From: Meyerozyma guilliermondii
Taxonomy: Eukaryota
Direction of reading: 5' to 3'
NCBI GenBank assembly: GCA_051546255.1
Contig: CP128816.1
Coordinates: 248,001 to 312,000 of the forward strand
Length of the DNA stretch: 64,000 bases
A model generated the notes under the pieces. That model did not search any database, was not told where the DNA came from, and was given only the letters and a program-made list of their open reading frames with translations. Shown here in pieces: positions 52,194 through 62,318 of this stretch; within the stretch, counting starts at the first letter, position 1; every line of letters starts with the position of its first letter. A program made the translations under genes and the position numbers.

Positions 52194-54413
52194 ATGGACG
52201 ATCCAACGCAGGAACTTGTCAATTCCGATGCAAATGCAAATGCGACGCAACCAGATCATAGCGTTCTGTCCGACACGCAACGCGACCGGTCGGTCACGCC
52301 CTCGGTTGATGAGGAATCGGATCGTCGTGCAGAAAATGAACCATCAGCCGCAGCTAAACCAAAACGAAAACGGTTAACACTTCAAGAGCGATTGGCACTC
52401 GCTGCAAAGGGAAAGAAGAATTCCAATGCAGACGGGACTGCAGATCCACCTGTATCTGTATCTGCATCTAAATCTGCATCTGCATCTGCATCATCTGCAT
52501 CTACTGTTGGAGACACACAGACGCATGCGAATACCACAGCGCATACAACGCATACCCCACCACAAACGCAAACCTCAATGCAACCAAACGCTTCAGATCC
52601 ATCCCATTCACCTTCCATGCATACGTCAAATTTGACACCTGCAGCCCAAACTGCTATTTACCCCGAATACGAAGCTTTAAAGAAAAAGTATGATTCACTT
52701 GTGGAGGAAAACCGACAGCTTAAACTGGCCCCCAAACCACAGTCCAATAAAGAGTTGATTGCAAAAATTGACAAACAAAATATCACTATAGAACAGCTTC
52801 GTCAAGAAGGTGAAGCACTTTCACTCAAAGAACTCAAACTCAATGAAACAATAAAAAAGCTTCGGTCTCACAATTCGAATTTGGAATCGTCTTTGCGAGA
52901 CTATGCCAGTAAAGATGAAGATTCTAATGTCAAAATGGTTCAAATGGAGCAGGTTTTAAAGACACATCTGGTTAAAAGTATTGATCAATGGGTAGAAAAA
53001 TATGAGGAAATGAAGCGAAATCTTGAGGAAACGTCTGCAGCACTTGGTGCTATTCGTGAGCAACACTGGGAGGATAAATACAAGGAACTGCAGCAACTAT
53101 ATGAAACTGAATTATGGGAAAAAAAGCAAGCTTTGAAAGAAGTGAGCGATCTCACCATCCAGTTTGATATGGCCAAGAAGCAACGAGACCTTGATTCCGA
53201 GTCAAAAAATACCATTATTGCTGAATTGAAGAGAGAATTACAGGGAAAGACAAAAGAAAAAACTGAAGAAATTTCACGACTTGAACGTAAAATCGAACTG
53301 CTTCGTCTTCAAAGTGAAGGTGGACATCATTTCGAAAGTGAAGATTCTTCGCAAGTGAAACAGATAGACTACAGTGAATTTCTGAAGCTTTCGGAAAACC
53401 ACCATAATCTTCAACAACAGTATCTTTCGTCGCAGGAAAACTGGAAGTTGATCGAGTCGAATCTTGTTGCGAAAATCGATACTCTCACCGTGTCGATCGA
53501 ATCTCTCAAGAAGTCGAAAACCAAGCTTTCCCTGGATCTCAGGATACTCCAAGCAAACTTGAGTAGCAAATCTGACGAGCTCGATACAGTTTTGAATGAG
53601 GCGAAGAAAATGCGAGGAACCATCGACGACTTGAATTTCCAAATTCAATTGAAAGACGAAACAATTGCAGATTTGGAAGACAAGCTCGGCAAGATCCAAG
53701 AAATACACAACAAGGAGCGCACTTCACTCATGCAAAAAATATCAAAACTTAGTGAAAAAAAAGAAGTCGACAATTCTCGCAACATGCATCTCAATCTCGA
53801 TCCCGTTCTGCGGCCCACTATGTCTCCACGAAACAACAGCTGGACAGAGATCCGGCTTGGTGAGTCCTGTACCACCCCCTCAATGTCCAGGCATACTTCT
53901 CTGGTATTTATCCATCAAAATCCTTCGCTGACTTCGTTCGACGTCGCAGACGATACCTTCGACGACACCTCTCTCGGAGCCATTGAGGTCGGAGAAACGT
54001 CCAACCATGTTCCCAGCTCCGCCAGCTTCACGGGAAAGATGCCTACTCTGAGTCTAACCTTGAGTGGAGGAAATAATATCCAGTTGATTAACAAGATGAG
54101 CTCGACGATTCGGCGACTCGAAATAGAATTGGTGACCATTCGTGAGGAAAGCGCCCAACTTGCCGAGGAAAAAGAACAGCTTCAGCAGGAGCTTCTTACG
54201 AAGATCAAGCTTTCCAATGAGAACGACTCGCTCAAAGAAGAAATTGCAAATCTTCAGTTGCAACTTGCCGAAAAAGACGATCAGGCCCAGACCATGCTAG
54301 AATTGATTGGAGAAAAATCCGAGCGAGTCGCAGAATTGGAGGCTGACGTGGAAGACCTCAGAGGCCTCTGCAAGCTCCAGGTACAACAGATGATGGAAAT
54401 CCAGGGCAAGTAG
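52194..54413 (+). CDS. SGM1: Golgin Sgm1/TMF1 coiled-coil protein
   Basis: RLTLQERL, LRQEGEALS(CTG)KKEL-like segment, and C-terminal LELIGEKSERVAELEADV.DL (TMF_TATA_bd). Confidence 0.88.
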   Translation: MDDPTQELVNSDANANATQPDHSVLSDTQRDRSVTPSVDEESDRRAENEPSAAAKPKRKRLTLQERLALAAKGKKNSNADGTADPPVSVSASKSASASASSASTVGDTQTHANTTAHTTHTPPQTQTSMQPNASDPSHSPSMHTSNLTPAAQTAIYPEYEALKKKYDSLVEENRQLKLAPKPQSNKELIAKIDKQNITIEQLRQEGEALSLKELKLNETIKKLRSHNSNLESSLRDYASKDEDSNVKMVQMEQVLKTHLVKSIDQWVEKYEEMKRNLEETSAALGAIREQHWEDKYKELQQLYETELWEKKQALKEVSDLTIQFDMAKKQRDLDSESKNTIIAELKRELQGKTKEKTEEISRLERKIELLRLQSEGGHHFESEDSSQVKQIDYSEFLKLSENHHNLQQQYLSSQENWKLIESNLVAKIDTLTVSIESLKKSKTKLSLDLRILQANLSSKSDELDTVLNEAKKMRGTIDDLNFQIQLKDETIADLEDKLGKIQEIHNKERTSLMQKISKLSEKKEVDNSRNMHLNLDPVLRPTMSPRNNSWTEIRLGESCTTPSMSRHTSLVFIHQNPSLTSFDVADDTFDDTSLGAIEVGETSNHVPSSASFTGKMPTLSLTLSGGNNIQLINKMSSTIRRLEIELVTIREESAQLAEEKEQLQQELLTKIKLSNENDSLKEEIANLQLQLAEKDDQAQTMLELIGEKSERVAELEADVEDLRGLCKLQVQQMMEIQGK

Positions 54414-54498
54414 TTGACCGGCTTGTATAAGGCCTTTGGTTTGTGTGCAGTACCACCGTCAAAATCAAAAAATGCAAATGCGATGCGATGCGATTTTC

Positions 54499-56115
54499 AT
54501 GATTGGCACTAGTGGTTATATCAACCAGCAGGGCACTTGCTTTGCCAATGTCATATCCCGGCCCGGTAGAAATGAGATCCAGTTCTACTCGTTGCTTGAC
54601 AGCGAAGCCAGGCCTTTGAAAATAGAACTTTCGGACGATCTGGAAATTGTAGCCGCCTGCTGGTTTGTTGAAAATTCCCATAATAAAACAGAACGAGCCA
54701 AAAAGAGGAAAGTGGACGACGCCAACACGTCTTCAAATGTAATTGATACCACAGAATACTTTGTAGTTGGCCACAGTTCCGGCAAAATTGCCGTTTTTTC
54801 AGCGCTGCAAAATTCCGAAGTCAACTCTTTCCACCTTGAAACGGCAGTTGTGGCAATGACGACAGGAGAAAAATCGATTTTGTGCCTAGACACCGAGCTG
54901 AGTATCATCGAAGTGACGATTCCAGAAGGAAAAAAGCTCAAAACAAAAATATTCAAAGACATATCTGACATCCAAGCCGTGCAAGTATACATGGACAAAA
55001 ACAAGAAACAAAACTACATATTAGGAAACCAACACTTGAGTTTGGTAGACCCCTCGAAGCCGAAAAACTTTCTCGTAAGTCGATTTCAAGGCGACCTGCT
55101 GGTGGTATCGATAAAGGCATCGAAACTTCATCCCACCGTTTACTATGCCATTCGTGAAAATGACCAAAAGATTTATGTCTACGACGTTGAAACTCAACAG
55201 GAGAGGACCCACGCAGCGTCTTCGGCGATTCTGAGCATTTATGTGTGTGCATCGGGCTCGGATGAAGCTATTTTTGTGGTTTCAGAAACAGGTATTGAAG
55301 TGTTCGTAATGGATTTTGAGTCTGATTTCCACGAAAGACCGCCCGCATGTTTGATCAGAACCTCCTCGCAAGATGACGAGGTTCCAGTTCGTTTTTCGGC
55401 GGTTTGTTATCGAGACGATAGTCTCACTGGAATTTGGTATAAAGGCTTGCAGCCTCAGTTTGAAGATATTGACTGGAATTTCAAGTCTGTGGGAGAGGTT
55501 ATCGTTTCCATACAAACCAGTGAAAAGGAACCAGCCAGCAAGGTGAACACAGATACAAGCATAATTGTTCCCAAACTGACGGAAATTAAAAACATTCCCA
55601 GTGAAATTCTCTTTGACAAAATTCGCAGCCATCTTCAAGAACCCGAAAAACTTATCCACTTGTGCTCCACCAATAATGACGAGGCCAGTATCAAGGAAGT
55701 AGTTAAGAGATTTTCCGCCGAAGAAAATGGGCTGGAGAGCATATCCAAACTCTATGAAATAGTAAGCCATGAAGTAGCTTCCAAGCCAGACGATACTGCC
55801 GTTCTTGCCCTTTGGCTCAAGTGGATTCTCTTGACTCATGGCGGTGCTCTCTCCAAAAGTGGAGATCATTACAGCGATTTCAAGCAATTACAAAAAGGTT
55901 TATCCAAGGGTATGGAACAAATGCCGCAATTGTTGGCTCTTCAAGGACGCTTACAACTTCTCCGAGCACAAGCACAATTGCGGGATACTCTGATAGAAGT
56001 AGAAGAGCCCGAGGAGGTTGGAAGAGAGAGCTCTGTGGTTTATGCCAATGGCGAAGACGACGATGAAATTGATGAGGATGAAGAAGATGAAGAGGAGACG
56101 AAAGTAGACGAATAG
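54499..56115 (+). CDS. UTP9: SSU processome UtpA subunit
   Basis: KRKVDD...YFVVGHSSGKIAVFS, LWLKWIL, LQGRLQLLRAQAQLR and VVYANGE match recalled Utp9. Start is uncertain (ATG 54472, 54478 or 54499). Confidence 0.78.
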   Translation: MIGTSGYINQQGTCFANVISRPGRNEIQFYSLLDSEARPLKIELSDDLEIVAACWFVENSHNKTERAKKRKVDDANTSSNVIDTTEYFVVGHSSGKIAVFSALQNSEVNSFHLETAVVAMTTGEKSILCLDTELSIIEVTIPEGKKLKTKIFKDISDIQAVQVYMDKNKKQNYILGNQHLSLVDPSKPKNFLVSRFQGDLLVVSIKASKLHPTVYYAIRENDQKIYVYDVETQQERTHAASSAILSIYVCASGSDEAIFVVSETGIEVFVMDFESDFHERPPACLIRTSSQDDEVPVRFSAVCYRDDSLTGIWYKGLQPQFEDIDWNFKSVGEVIVSIQTSEKEPASKVNTDTSIIVPKLTEIKNIPSEILFDKIRSHLQEPEKLIHLCSTNNDEASIKEVVKRFSAEENGLESISKLYEIVSHEVASKPDDTAVLALWLKWILLTHGGALSKSGDHYSDFKQLQKGLSKGMEQMPQLLALQGRLQLLRAQAQLRDTLIEVEEPEEVGRESSVVYANGEDDDEIDEDEEDEEETKVDE

Positions 56116-56500
56116 CATTGTAATATAGGGTAGAAGGCGTGAAGAAACTTAAACTGTACTTCTGAATAGCATCGTTAATTCATCATTATTCAGTTCATAT
56201 AGCTCATCAATATCCAACTATTTCATTTGTTCATTAGCTTTCGTTGATGAAGGTTCATTTGATGATGTTTGGTGTAATGACCCAATTCATTAATGTTCAT
56301 TTATCATGTATTCCATTATCAGTTTATAGTTCAATTCATTAATCCAATTCATAATTTCAGCTCATTTTGCAGCTAAGTGGGTTTCAGTTCATTAGTTCTA
56401 GTTCATTAATTTTCGCTCACAATTCAATTCATACACCTATAATCAATGCTCTCTTCATTTCTGTCAATCAATCTATCATATACTCGTCTCCCATTCCATC

Positions 56501-56506
56501 TGACTC
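56501..56506 (+). promoter_or_regulatory. TGACTC (Bas1/Gcn4-type) site upstream of the purine phosphoribosyltransferase gene
   Basis: Exact TGACTC about 95 bp upstream of ATG 56598. Confidence 0.4.
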
Positions 56507-56597
56507 TTTTCTCTCACTAATTTTTCGCAGCCTTTCGCAGCCTTTCGCAGCTCTTCTCATTTTATCTTCTCATTTTATCTTCGCAGCTTCTTTCACC

Positions 56598-57209
56598 ATG
56601 TCAAAGTCATTCATATCATACAACAACATACACAAGCTATGCAAAAAAGGCGCCAGCGACATCAAGCAGAACGGCCCGGTTGACTTGATCATAGCTATAG
56701 GGGGCGGAGGCTTCATTCCCGCCAGAATATTGAGAACTTTTCTCAAAGAAGAGGGAAAGAAAAATATCCCTATTCAAGCCATTGGGTTGTCTCTCTACGA
56801 GCAAATGACAGAGGACGAAGACAAGATCGGCAAGGAGGTGGTGCGCACGCAATGGCTTGATTTTGGCAATTTAAGTCAACATTTCGATTCGTTGATTGGA
56901 AAAAATGTGTTGATTGTCGATGAGGTTGACGACACCAGAACCACGTTACACTATGCCGTGAGCGAGTTGGAGAGAGATGTGTTGGAAATGCAGCAGAAAT
57001 TGGGCAGAACAGACGAAAAAACCACGTTTTCCGTGTTTGTTCTTCACAACAAAGACAAGCCCAAAAAGGCACAACTTCCGGACGAAATGTTGCAAAATGG
57101 ACGGTACATTGTGGGAGAAACTGTGGTGGATAAATGGATTATTTACCCGTGGGATGCTCAGGAGATTGACGAGCACACGGAAAAGGCACAGGAACAGGGA
57201 AATATATAG
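56598..57209 (+). CDS. XPT1: Xanthine/hypoxanthine-guanine phosphoribosyltransferase (XPT1/HPT1 family)
   Basis: ISYNNIHKLC, IAIGGGGFIPAR, VLIVDEVDDTRTTL, WIIYPW. Adjacent to NMD5, as XPT1 is in S. cerevisiae. Confidence 0.9.
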   Translation: MSKSFISYNNIHKLCKKGASDIKQNGPVDLIIAIGGGGFIPARILRTFLKEEGKKNIPIQAIGLSLYEQMTEDEDKIGKEVVRTQWLDFGNLSQHFDSLIGKNVLIVDEVDDTRTTLHYAVSELERDVLEMQQKLGRTDEKTTFSVFVLHNKDKPKKAQLPDEMLQNGRYIVGETVVDKWIIYPWDAQEIDEHTEKAQEQGNI

Positions 57210-57299
57210 ATAGAAGCAAAAACAATAAGCAGTAGAAAACATTTTTCATTTGATTTGCAACCGTCCTTTTGGCCAGTGCCGCGCTTCTTCGGTAGAAAT

Positions 57300-57370
57300 G
57301 CGCGAGTAGTTTAGTGGTAAAATCCAGCGTTCCCATTGCTGGGCCCCGGGTTCGATTCCCGGCTCGCGCA
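57300..57370 (+). tRNA. tRNA-Gly, anticodon CCC, intronless
   Basis: Acceptor stem GCGCGAG/CTCGCGC+A; D arm GTTT-AGTGGTA-AAAT; anticodon arm CAGCG-TTCCCAT-TGCTG; T arm CCGGG-TTCGATT-CCCGG. Confidence 0.95.
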
Positions 57371-57384
57371 AAACCCTCTCAATA

Positions 57385-57391
57385 TTTTTTT
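57385..57391 (+). terminator. Pol III oligo-T terminator
   Basis: Run of 7 T beginning 15 nt after the tRNA. Confidence 0.75.
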
Positions 57392-57437
57392 CGACCTGCG
57401 TCGCTTGAATCCGTAAACCTCTTCATCCTTCTTTATT

Positions 57438-60400
57438 ATGGACACCCGGCAGCTTTTGGCTTGTTTTTCGGGCACTCTAGAGGCCAACCAGGCCGTGCGA
57501 CGTGATTCAGAAGCTCAGCTCCGCTCGTTGGTTCATACTCCTGGTTTTTTAGACGGGTGTCTCGACATCATCTCGAACCATTCCAGCGACATTTCTTCGC
57601 CAGTTAGAAAGGCTGCTGCTGTATACTTGAAGAACCATATAGTCCGCAAATGGAACGTTGCAGATCAGGCCGGGATAGCTCACCAGGACCGAATTTCCGT
57701 CCGTGGTCGTATTCTTCCCACCATAGTCGCTGTGGACCATCAACTAAAACAGCAATTGGTTCCTGTTTTGAGGACGCTCATATCCAAGGATTTTCCTAAC
57801 AACTGGCACAGCTTGCTAGCGGACACGGGCGAATTGCTCCAGCAGGTTCCACAAAACGACGGAGACGACCAAAGTTTTCTGAAATTGTACACCGGTATTT
57901 TAGCGTTTGCCGAAATTTCACGCAAGTTCCGCTGGGCCACAAATAAGGAGAGAGCACTGGAGTTGAGCCCCATTCTCGTGGTGTTCCCCCATTTGCTCAG
58001 CATAGGAAAAAGCATACTTTCAAGCCCGGAAGCCATCACCGAGGTCCGCGCCGAGATGCTCAAGTTGATCCTCAAAGCATACAAATTTGTCACCTACTTT
58101 GATCTTCCGGATGAATTCCAGAGCCCAGAGTCGTTCTCAGCGTGGGGTGAACTCCATGGACTGGTTATAAATGCGCCCACTCCAGCGTATGTTCAAAATT
58201 ACGACGACCAAGAAAGATCACTTTTAGAATTCTCCAAAGCGGTCAAATGGTCCATTGCCAACCTATATCGTCTCTTCACCCGGTACGCCTCCGAGAGCTT
58301 GAGTCGCAAGTTCACATACACCGGTTTCCAGGACACTTTCACCACCAGTTTTCTTCCGCATTTGATATCCAACTACTTGGGGGCCATCGACCAATGGTGT
58401 CACCACAAAAAATGGCTTCCCAGACCAGCTCTTTTCCATCTACTCCAGTTCCTATCGCACGCCGTGACCCAGAAACCTTCGTGGCCTATGCTCCAACCAT
58501 ATGCCGACACATTGGTGTCGCATTTTGTGTTCCCGTTGGTGTGTCCCAGCGAGTCGGATTTGGAAATGTTTGACAGTGATCCCTTGGAGTATATCCACAC
58601 CAATTTCGACGTCTACGACGAGTTCAATACCCCGGATATAGCAGCATTGGGGTTCTTGGCGTCGCTTGTACTGAAGAGAAAAAAGGCTACTTTGGAACCC
58701 ACCATGACATATATTTATACCCAACTTTCCCAGCTTCAGAATGACGGTTCTCTCGACGGAGCCCGCAAGAAAGATGGTCTCTTTCGCATGATAGGAGCAC
58801 TCACCCACTACATAACGGCTCGGTCGCTGCCGTTTTACCCTCAAATGGAGCAGTTTGTCGGCTCTATGATCCTCCCGTCGCTCCAATCGGAACACGAATT
58901 TCTCCGGGCCCGAACCCTCGAGGTGGTCCAGAAGTTCTCGGAGCTCGAGTTCAACGACGACCACCTCGTGGCTCAAATCTCACAAGGAATCCTCACCAAT
59001 TTCGACTCCAGCTCGCTTCCTGTTCAATTGGAAGCTGCTTTGGGGATCCAAACCTTTTTACATCTCGATCTTTTCAAGCTGTCGTTGGCCCAGGTGATCG
59101 TTCCGACGATGCTGAAGCTCTTGGCTCTTCTGAACGACATAGATAACGACGCCATTCCCGTGGTGATGCAGGAATGTGTTGAGAATTTCGCAGAACAGCT
59201 CCAGCCGTTTGGAGTCGAGTTGATGGAAAAACTCACGGCTCAGTTGTTGCGGTTGGTCACCGAGATCCACCAAGCCTCCCAGGTGGACGTGGACGATTAT
59301 GATGGCACGCTGGACCAGCTGGACAAAGTTATGGCTGCGGTTGGACTTCTCAATACCGTGATCACCGTTTTGCTCAGCTTTGAAAATCTGTATGATATTT
59401 GCATCAAACTCGAGCAGGTTTTTGCGCCGGTAGTGGAATTTGTGTTGGTGAACATGGTGGATGATTTTTTTGGCGAAGTTGCCGAGCTCATGGAAAACTC
59501 GGTTTTTTTGCTTCGTGCCGTCACTCCTACGATGTGGACATGTTTCCACCATCTTTTTGCATGTTTCCAGGACGGCGTGGCGTTGATGTATTTCGAGGAA
59601 TTCATTCCGTGTCTTCACAACTTTCTTCTCTACGGAAAAGAAGAACTCTTGAAAACACCAGACCTTGCAAACCAGTTTTTCAAGATTTACACCCTAGTTT
59701 TCGAAGGCGATGCCAACGCAATTGGTCTCAACGACCTTGCCTTTGCCTGTGAAATGGCCCAGACTTTCATCTTGACGCTTCAAACAGAAGCTCACCGGTT
59801 CACTGCGCACTTTGTCTCTTCCACCATCGACACCTACACCACCGTCAAGAGCGCCAGTATGGTGGGTTACAACAAGTTTGACGTCAACATGCACGACGTA
59901 GTGTTGGCGGCATTGGTTTACGATACCAACAATGTGCTACAATTGTTGCACCAAAAAGGTGCATTGGTTCTGTTTTTCCAGCGGTGGTTCAAGTTGATTC
60001 CGGAGCTTCGGCGAGTATTTGACTTGAAGCTTTCGTTGCTAGCACTTATCGCTGTGATTTCCAGCGCCGAAACTCCACTTATCGACCCAATACTTGCACA
60101 TGCTGGACAAGCGCTCGCACAAATCATGGAACGAATGCCAGAACTGATTGCCGAATTGGAGAAAAAACGCAAGAATTTCACCGAGGGTGCATCGCAGTTT
60201 GACCACGCCGACTTTGACGATGCCACCGACGACGAAGCAAGCGATAATGACAACTACGTAGAATTTGACGGAGATCTCGACCACGATACCAGCGACTATC
60301 TTCAATTTTTGAAGCTGGAAAACTCTAAACTCAAGCACGAGGGCTACTACAGCGACGACGACGACCAGGTGACCGAGGATCCGCTTTCAACAAACCCATT

Positions 60401-60530
60401 GGAACCGATAAATGTGTTTGAAGTGTTTAAGAATTTTGCGAGCCAGCTTCTGCGGGATATGCAAGTTGCCGTTTTTGGCAATTTGACCAATGAGCAGCGA
60501 GCGACGTTGGAAACGGTTGTGGGGCACTAG
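57438..60530 (+). CDS. NMD5: Importin-beta family karyopherin (importin-7/8-like)
   Basis: LLACFSGTLE.N..VR..SE.QL...PGFL..CLDII, AAAVYLKN IBN_N motif, DFP..W, acidic C-terminal loop. Confidence 0.88.
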   Translation: MDTRQLLACFSGTLEANQAVRRDSEAQLRSLVHTPGFLDGCLDIISNHSSDISSPVRKAAAVYLKNHIVRKWNVADQAGIAHQDRISVRGRILPTIVAVDHQLKQQLVPVLRTLISKDFPNNWHSLLADTGELLQQVPQNDGDDQSFLKLYTGILAFAEISRKFRWATNKERALELSPILVVFPHLLSIGKSILSSPEAITEVRAEMLKLILKAYKFVTYFDLPDEFQSPESFSAWGELHGLVINAPTPAYVQNYDDQERSLLEFSKAVKWSIANLYRLFTRYASESLSRKFTYTGFQDTFTTSFLPHLISNYLGAIDQWCHHKKWLPRPALFHLLQFLSHAVTQKPSWPMLQPYADTLVSHFVFPLVCPSESDLEMFDSDPLEYIHTNFDVYDEFNTPDIAALGFLASLVLKRKKATLEPTMTYIYTQLSQLQNDGSLDGARKKDGLFRMIGALTHYITARSLPFYPQMEQFVGSMILPSLQSEHEFLRARTLEVVQKFSELEFNDDHLVAQISQGILTNFDSSSLPVQLEAALGIQTFLHLDLFKLSLAQVIVPTMLKLLALLNDIDNDAIPVVMQECVENFAEQLQPFGVELMEKLTAQLLRLVTEIHQASQVDVDDYDGTLDQLDKVMAAVGLLNTVITVLLSFENLYDICIKLEQVFAPVVEFVLVNMVDDFFGEVAELMENSVFLLRAVTPTMWTCFHHLFACFQDGVALMYFEEFIPCLHNFLLYGKEELLKTPDLANQFFKIYTLVFEGDANAIGLNDLAFACEMAQTFILTLQTEAHRFTAHFVSSTIDTYTTVKSASMVGYNKFDVNMHDVVLAALVYDTNNVLQLLHQKGALVLFFQRWFKLIPELRRVFDLKLSLLALIAVISSAETPLIDPILAHAGQALAQIMERMPELIAELEKKRKNFTEGASQFDHADFDDATDDEASDNDNYVEFDGDLDHDTSDYLQFLKLENSKLKHEGYYSDDDDQVTEDPLSTNPLEPINVFEVFKNFASQLLRDMQVAVFGNLTNEQRATLETVVGH

Positions 60531-60840
60531 ACGACGACGAGACGACGAGGTACGAGGAGTCGAGAAAAAGTTAAATTTAGACTTTTTGGGATTCGTGGTG
60601 GCTTTGGCATTGTCTGCAAGGCCCACCTCATTCGGCCGTAACGCCAGCCGTGTTCGTTGATGTGTCGGCTTACGACCGATAACTCCGTCCGATCGGCCGC
60701 AAAGCGTTGAATGCGCGCTTAGAAATCGAAAATATAAATGGTCGCAGCCATCCATAATACAGTAATACAATTGCACCAATTACACCAAAAACACCAACAG
60801 TAAAAAAAGCCAAAAATAACACCAAACCACATTAATCCAA

Positions 60841-62318
60841 ATGTTGCCGACAACAATTCTCTCTATGACCGTCGAGAATATACAACCCGAACCCAGTAGC
60901 AACAGTTCCACTGTCCAGGAAAATGCCATCACCAAAAACGAACCCGATGTGTCGGAACCCGCTACAAAACCGGCTGAAAACTCCTTTATGGCTCCGCACT
61001 TGAAACCGTTGCGTCTCAAGCTCTTGAAGGCTTTTTTGGGTGCGATTATCTTCATTTCAGCCTACGCCCTTGCTGTATTTTCGCTCTACTGGGGTGCCGC
61101 TTACGACCGAGTTTCCAAGCTCAAAAATCTTCGAATGTTGGTTGTGATTGAGGACGCGCCCGTGGGTAATGTCCAGCCAGTAATTGGCAATTCTATAAGG
61201 TCGTTGGTGCAGCAACCACAGGTGAAACGGTTGGGCGACTGGCACGTTTATTCTGGCGAAGAGTTTGCAAAACAAGCTCAGAAACATGACAATACAATTG
61301 AGGAAGAAGTGCTCGCCAGATCCATCACCAGGAGTTCTGGTCGTCTATTTATGTGCGTGAGAATGCCACCTACGATTTTTTCCGGGCGTTGCAACTGGCG
61401 AATACAAGTTTCAATGCCCTGGGCTCCATTGTGTCGATTTACGAAACAGGTCGCGATAACATGGCTATGCTGCTGTACGTGACTCCCAACGTAAAGTCCG
61501 TGGAAGAGATGTTTTTAAGGAAGGCAGCTTCGCATATCGCACCTCCTTTGATCCAACAGCTCAGTGAATCGCAGCAAACAGCACTTTTCAAAAACGACAA
61601 TACTACAGCTCTCGTTTCCACCCAGTTCCCCTTTGTTTTCAGCGACCATAGGCCTTTTACTGACCCTGTTTTGATAGCTCCAACCCAGGTGGGACTTATT
61701 TATTTGATCATTTTGACGTTTATTCAACTCAACTTTCTCATGCCTATCAATTTCATGATGGGCGCCATGAAGTTGAAAAACTTTCACTACGTTGCGGTCA
61801 AGATGCTCGTGTCGTACGCGGGCTACTTTATCTTGTCATTGATGTACTCATTTGTATCTTTAGCCATGCAAGTTGACTTTACGGTAGCATTTGGCAAATC
61901 TGGATTTTTGGTTTTCTGGATGTCGTCGTTCTTGACCATGTGTGCCGTAGGAGGAATGAACGAGGTGTTCTTTTTGATTTGTTTTGCTACGATCCCTCCA
62001 TTCATCGGAGCATGGTTATTGTTCTGGGTCATCAGCAACGTCACTCCAACATTTTCACCACTTGCACTTTGTGCTCATTTTTTCCGCTATGGATACGCCA
62101 TGCCCATCCATGCGTCGTACGAAATATCCAAGGTGGTTTTCTTTGACACTTATAAGGGAGCCTTGGGAAGAAATTATGCTATTTTGGTGATATGGAATGC
62201 TTTGGTGTTTGTATTGCTTCCATTTGCAGCGATTTTCTACAAGAGAAGAATGGCGCAAAAGGCCATTGCTGAGCGCCAGAAGGTGGTGGACGAGGTGCAG
62301 AACGGCAAGATAAATTAG
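60841..62318 (+). pseudogene. SNG1-like (DUF3533) membrane protein split by a 1-nt frameshift near 61312-61314 (pseudogene or sequence error)
   Basis: Frame 1 gives FSLYWGA.YDR...NLRMLVVIED...IEEEVL. Frame 3 continues RQIHHQEFWSSIYVRENAT...YETGRD...QVGLIYLIILTF...FFRYGYAMPIH. Confidence 0.75.

Noticed and set aside
54499..56115. UTP5 assignment
   Set aside because: Shares the C-terminal domain, but QGRL..LR.QA.LR and VYANGE match Utp9 better.
56245..56503. Box C/D snoRNA (TGATGA...CTGA)
   Set aside because: Boxes are about 250 nt apart with no terminal stem or recognisable rRNA guide.
61300..61335. Programmed ribosomal frameshift or intron in the SNG1-like gene
   Set aside because: No slippery heptamer or splice signals at the junction; homology is continuous apart from one base.
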